Assembly: GCF_032444005.1 (NCBI RefSeq)
Contig: NC_091282.1
Span: forward strand, 892,180,001-892,244,000
Reading direction: 5' to 3'
DNA: 64,000 nucleotides
DNA from: Ranitomeya imitator
Taxonomy: Eukaryota
A model generated the notes under the pieces. It saw only the letters and a program-made list of their open reading frames with translations. It ran no database searches and was not told the DNA's origin. Of this stretch, positions 60,560 through 64,000 are shown in pieces (position 1 is the stretch's first letter; each line of letters starts with the position of its first letter). Position numbers and translations under genes: made by a program.

Positions 60560-60745
60560 TCTTCAGTCTATCCGTAACTCTGCTACCCTACTAATCCACT
60601 TCTGTCCTCACCACTCCTCTGCAAGTCCCTTCATTGTCTCTCAATTTTACAACATATCCACTTCAAGCTAGTAACAATGACCTACAAAGCCTGTCTCCCC
60701 CATATATCTATGAACTAATCCCCCGATATCTCCCACTACTCATGC
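60560..60745 (+). pseudogene. L2 ORF2 C-terminal remnant
   Basis: LQSIRNSA...HFKLVTMTYKA...YLP in decayed frames. Confidence 0.6.
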
Positions 60746-61012
60746 TCACAGTGACATCATTGAGGTGAAAGGAGTTCACCATGAGGCACTGAGCTGAACA
60801 AGCATGCACAGTTTCGTGTCTCTGCTGGATGGCAGTATGGCTGTATAGTCGCATTATGCAACAATGCATCCTGCCAACTAGATGTAGTAGAGTTAGACGT
60901 GTATTGGGATAATTGGATTATTATCTTCTCAGTGTACAGGTGAGGAATATGGTTATTATTTTAATTATTTTACAGAAGCTCAATTTTACAGAAGCTTAAT
61001 TATTTTACAGAA

Positions 61013-61557
61013 TCCGAACCTCACACCTCCGTCTCCAAGACTTCTCTCATGCTGCGCCAGCTCTCTGGAATGCACTTCCCCAGACGATCAGACTGATACC
61101 TAGCCCTGACCTATTCAAGCGCGCTTTGAAAACCCATCTCTTCAAAAAAGCCTACCACATCAACTACTTAGTAAACTAACTTTGCCCTGTTCCCTCCTTC
61201 CAAATATTACTCTGAACCCTACTATTCATCTATCTCCACACCCTCCATACACACGATAACTGCACTTGATACTTGACTATTGCACTTAAACACACAGGCT
61301 GATGACCGGATCATGCAGCTTTGTATGAAAATCCCCATTTATTATAATTGCCAGACCTGAAATAATCACTTTTCACCTATTGTGTCCTCCATTTCCTTGT
61401 AGATTGTAAGCTTGCGAGCAGGGACCTCACTCCTAACGTCACTGTTTAAATTGTCTTAACTCATACCGAATTTATTGTTTGTGCATGTCCCTGCTTAATT
61501 GTAAAGTGCTGCGGAATATGTTGGCGCTATATAAATAAAAATTATTATTATTATTAT
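61013..61557 (+). mobile_element. L2 LINE 3' end
   Basis: RLQDFSHAAPALWNALP...FKRALKTHLFKKAY, followed by tgtaaagtgctgcggaatatgttggcgctatataaataaaa(att)n. Confidence 0.88.
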
Positions 61558-62699
61558 AGAAGACATTGCCTTCAGTGGATTGGGTGTAAGGTAAGTGTGT
61601 TTAGTTAATTAAGAATCAATAAAGAGTCTGTGTCTTTTTGTTCAAATAAAGGACTTTATTCTGGGTGTTATTTTTTTCATAATTTGACCATGGGATTACT
61701 AATGGGGTCTTCTTATAGACACCTCTCCTTTACTAACCTCTGAATTTTACGACACCTGACACAATACAAAGGTGACATCAATTCCAATGCTATCATCCCA
61801 CTTGCCAGCATACCAGGGCAAGTGGAAAGAATGAGGCTAAGTTCCAGAACTGGTACATCTTATGAAAGCGCCATTTGTAGGGCAGCTGAGGGCTTGTTTT
61901 TAGTCTGAAAGGAGGCCAATATCCATGCCTGCCTAGCCTTCCTGTCTGCCTAACCTTTGCTGGTTTCTACTTATAGGGAGACCGTATGTCTTTTTTGTGG
62001 GTTCCCCATTTTAATAACCACAATTGGCTAAGTATACATCTGTGAGCTGATGTTAATAACCTGGGAACCACAATGTGCATTACCCCCTTCGAAGGCTATA
62101 AACATCTGTCCCCAGATGTCCATTTCCCTCTGCTGGATAACAAAATTAATGGGGATCAACACAATTTTTTCAGAAATGTATTTATCTATTAATTAAATTC
62201 ATGTACAGTAAGCTACACAAGCACTGTGCTAATTATATGTCACTGACCTCTTTATATCTATCTATTCTATATATATCTCTCTTCTATCTATTCTATTTTG
62301 TCAGGTCACACTGTACGCGGCTGTTGAAATGTCAGGTTTCAATGACATGAGTGTGTAAAAATCGGACGGTAGCATCTGCCTCCTGTTTTCTGATTTCCCT
62401 CTACTGGGTAATAACATTTAGGGGGATCCAACACCATTTTTTTCAGAAATGTATTAATTAAATACATGTATAGTAAGCTATACAAGCACTGTATTAATTA
62501 TGTATATCACTGCCATTTTTATATTTATCTATTCTATGTGTATATATCTATCTATTCTACTTTGTCGGGTCACGCTGTATACTGCTAAAGATACGTCAGG
62601 TTTCAATTACATGGATGTGTAACAATCAGACGTCACTTTCATGATCCGAGTCCCGTGCGATTTTTTTTTTTTTTTCTCACACCCATTGTCTTACATTGG

Positions 62700-64000
62700 T
62701 CTTTGGGGACAAGCCAAGGTGGTGGCATCCCCTCATAGGGGCCTGGTACAGGTCTATTGATGACATCTTCATTATCTGGTCAGGGACAAAGGAAGAGTTT
62801 GAGGAGTTTGTTGGGAATCTTAGCATCAATTAACTCAACCTTCGTTTCACCTCAGAACTAGCTAAAGAACAAATACCTTTCTTAGTTGTGCTGATTAATA
62901 GAAAACAGGATGGCACTCTAGTTAAAGATATCTACTATAAACCGACCAGCACAAACCATTTCCTTAGATGGGATAGCCATCACTCGGCCCCCCTAAAGAG
63001 AGGAATACCTAAGGGCCAATTCCTTAGGTTAAGAAGGAACTGCTCAGTAACATCAGATTTCCAGAGGCAGGCCATTGAAATGCAGCAGAGATTCAGCGAA
63101 AAAGGGGAGCCCTAGTGTGTAATTGATTTGGCCTGAGTTTGCAGAGGGTAGAGAGAGACAAACCTTACTGGGGAATAAACCAGGAGAGCACAGCAGGAAC
63201 AAAGTGAAGTCATACGCATCATACGTACATATGGCAACCACCATAACCAGGAGACACTGGGATTTGCTGAGGACAGATACAGACCTAAGGGGCATGATCG
63301 GAATAAATTCAATAGTTACATTTTGGAAACAATGATCTCTTAAGGGCCGCCTAGTGCATAGTCACTTCAAAAGACCTACACCTGAGGGCACATGGTTAGA
63401 TCAGAAATCAAGTGGTGTCTTTAGATGCGCTGATTGTTGCAACTGCAAGTGGATGAGACCTTGTAAGAAAGTTACAAGTGCCTCCACAAGGAAAACATTC
63501 TTTCAAAGGGACCTCTCTAACTGCAAAACCACTGGTATATGTGGCCACCTGTACCTGTCCTCTGGACTATGTGGGTAAAATGGGTAGGAATGGGTAGGAG
63601 ATGTTCGCCATAAATGAGGCACTCCCCTCGCAAGACATATGAATGATGTACACTAAGGGGACTTGAATATTTCCTTTTGTATCTTAGAAGTGATAAGACC
63701 AAATGTGAGAGGAAGGAACCATGACAGGAGAATACTATAAAAAGAGAGTGAGTGGATCTTAGAGCTAGGAGAAGGAGTTTAAATGACTGTCCACTCAATT
63801 TGTAATGGAGTGTCCCACTATATCTCTATTCATTTTAGAGCTGGAGTATGAATGTAGGGGAAGTGGTATTATTATTGTTCCTTTTTCTCCCCTACCCCTG
63901 TTTGTGCATCGCCTTTTAGTAATGTGTTCATGTACCATGTGATACTGCTATATTATGTAAATGTATTATCGCTATATATATTGAGTACTGCTATGCATAA
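62700..64000 (+). mobile_element. Penelope-like element: RT C-terminus and decayed GIY-YIG region
   Basis: WYRSIDDIFIIWSG, IPFL, YYKPTSTNHFLRWDSHH, IPKGQFLRLRRNCS, then a Cys-rich linker and GIY-YIG remnants. Confidence 0.85.

Overview
Vertebrate genomic DNA, almost certainly amphibian (frog), judged from its repeat families (T2/Kolobok-type, Harbinger-type and hAT MITEs, CR1, L2, V-SINE, DIRS1, Ngaro-like, Penelope-like, Ty3/Gypsy, Tc1, TTAA piggyBac-like). Most of the window is nested, decayed transposon sequence, and nearly all short ORFs in the track are spurious. One host gene is recognisable and the ORF track does not resolve it: a minus-strand ELR-negative CXC chemokine most similar to CXCL13. 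Its CXC exon is at 52761-52893 and its third exon at 26878-26956, joined across a 25.8-kb TE-filled intron; the signal-peptide exon was not found. Other highlights: hammerhead-ribozyme motifs in Penelope-like fragments (4422-4480; degenerate U3-A8 form at 44345-44384); a DIRS1 element with both ITRs and its internal complementary region (6271-13425); a two-LTR Gypsy provirus (33253-42483); three solo LTRs of one family with 6-bp TSDs; three piggyBac-like elements carrying telomere-like TTAGGG arrays; and a fold-back hairpin at an L2 truncation point. All family assignments come from motif recognition by eye, not database searches.
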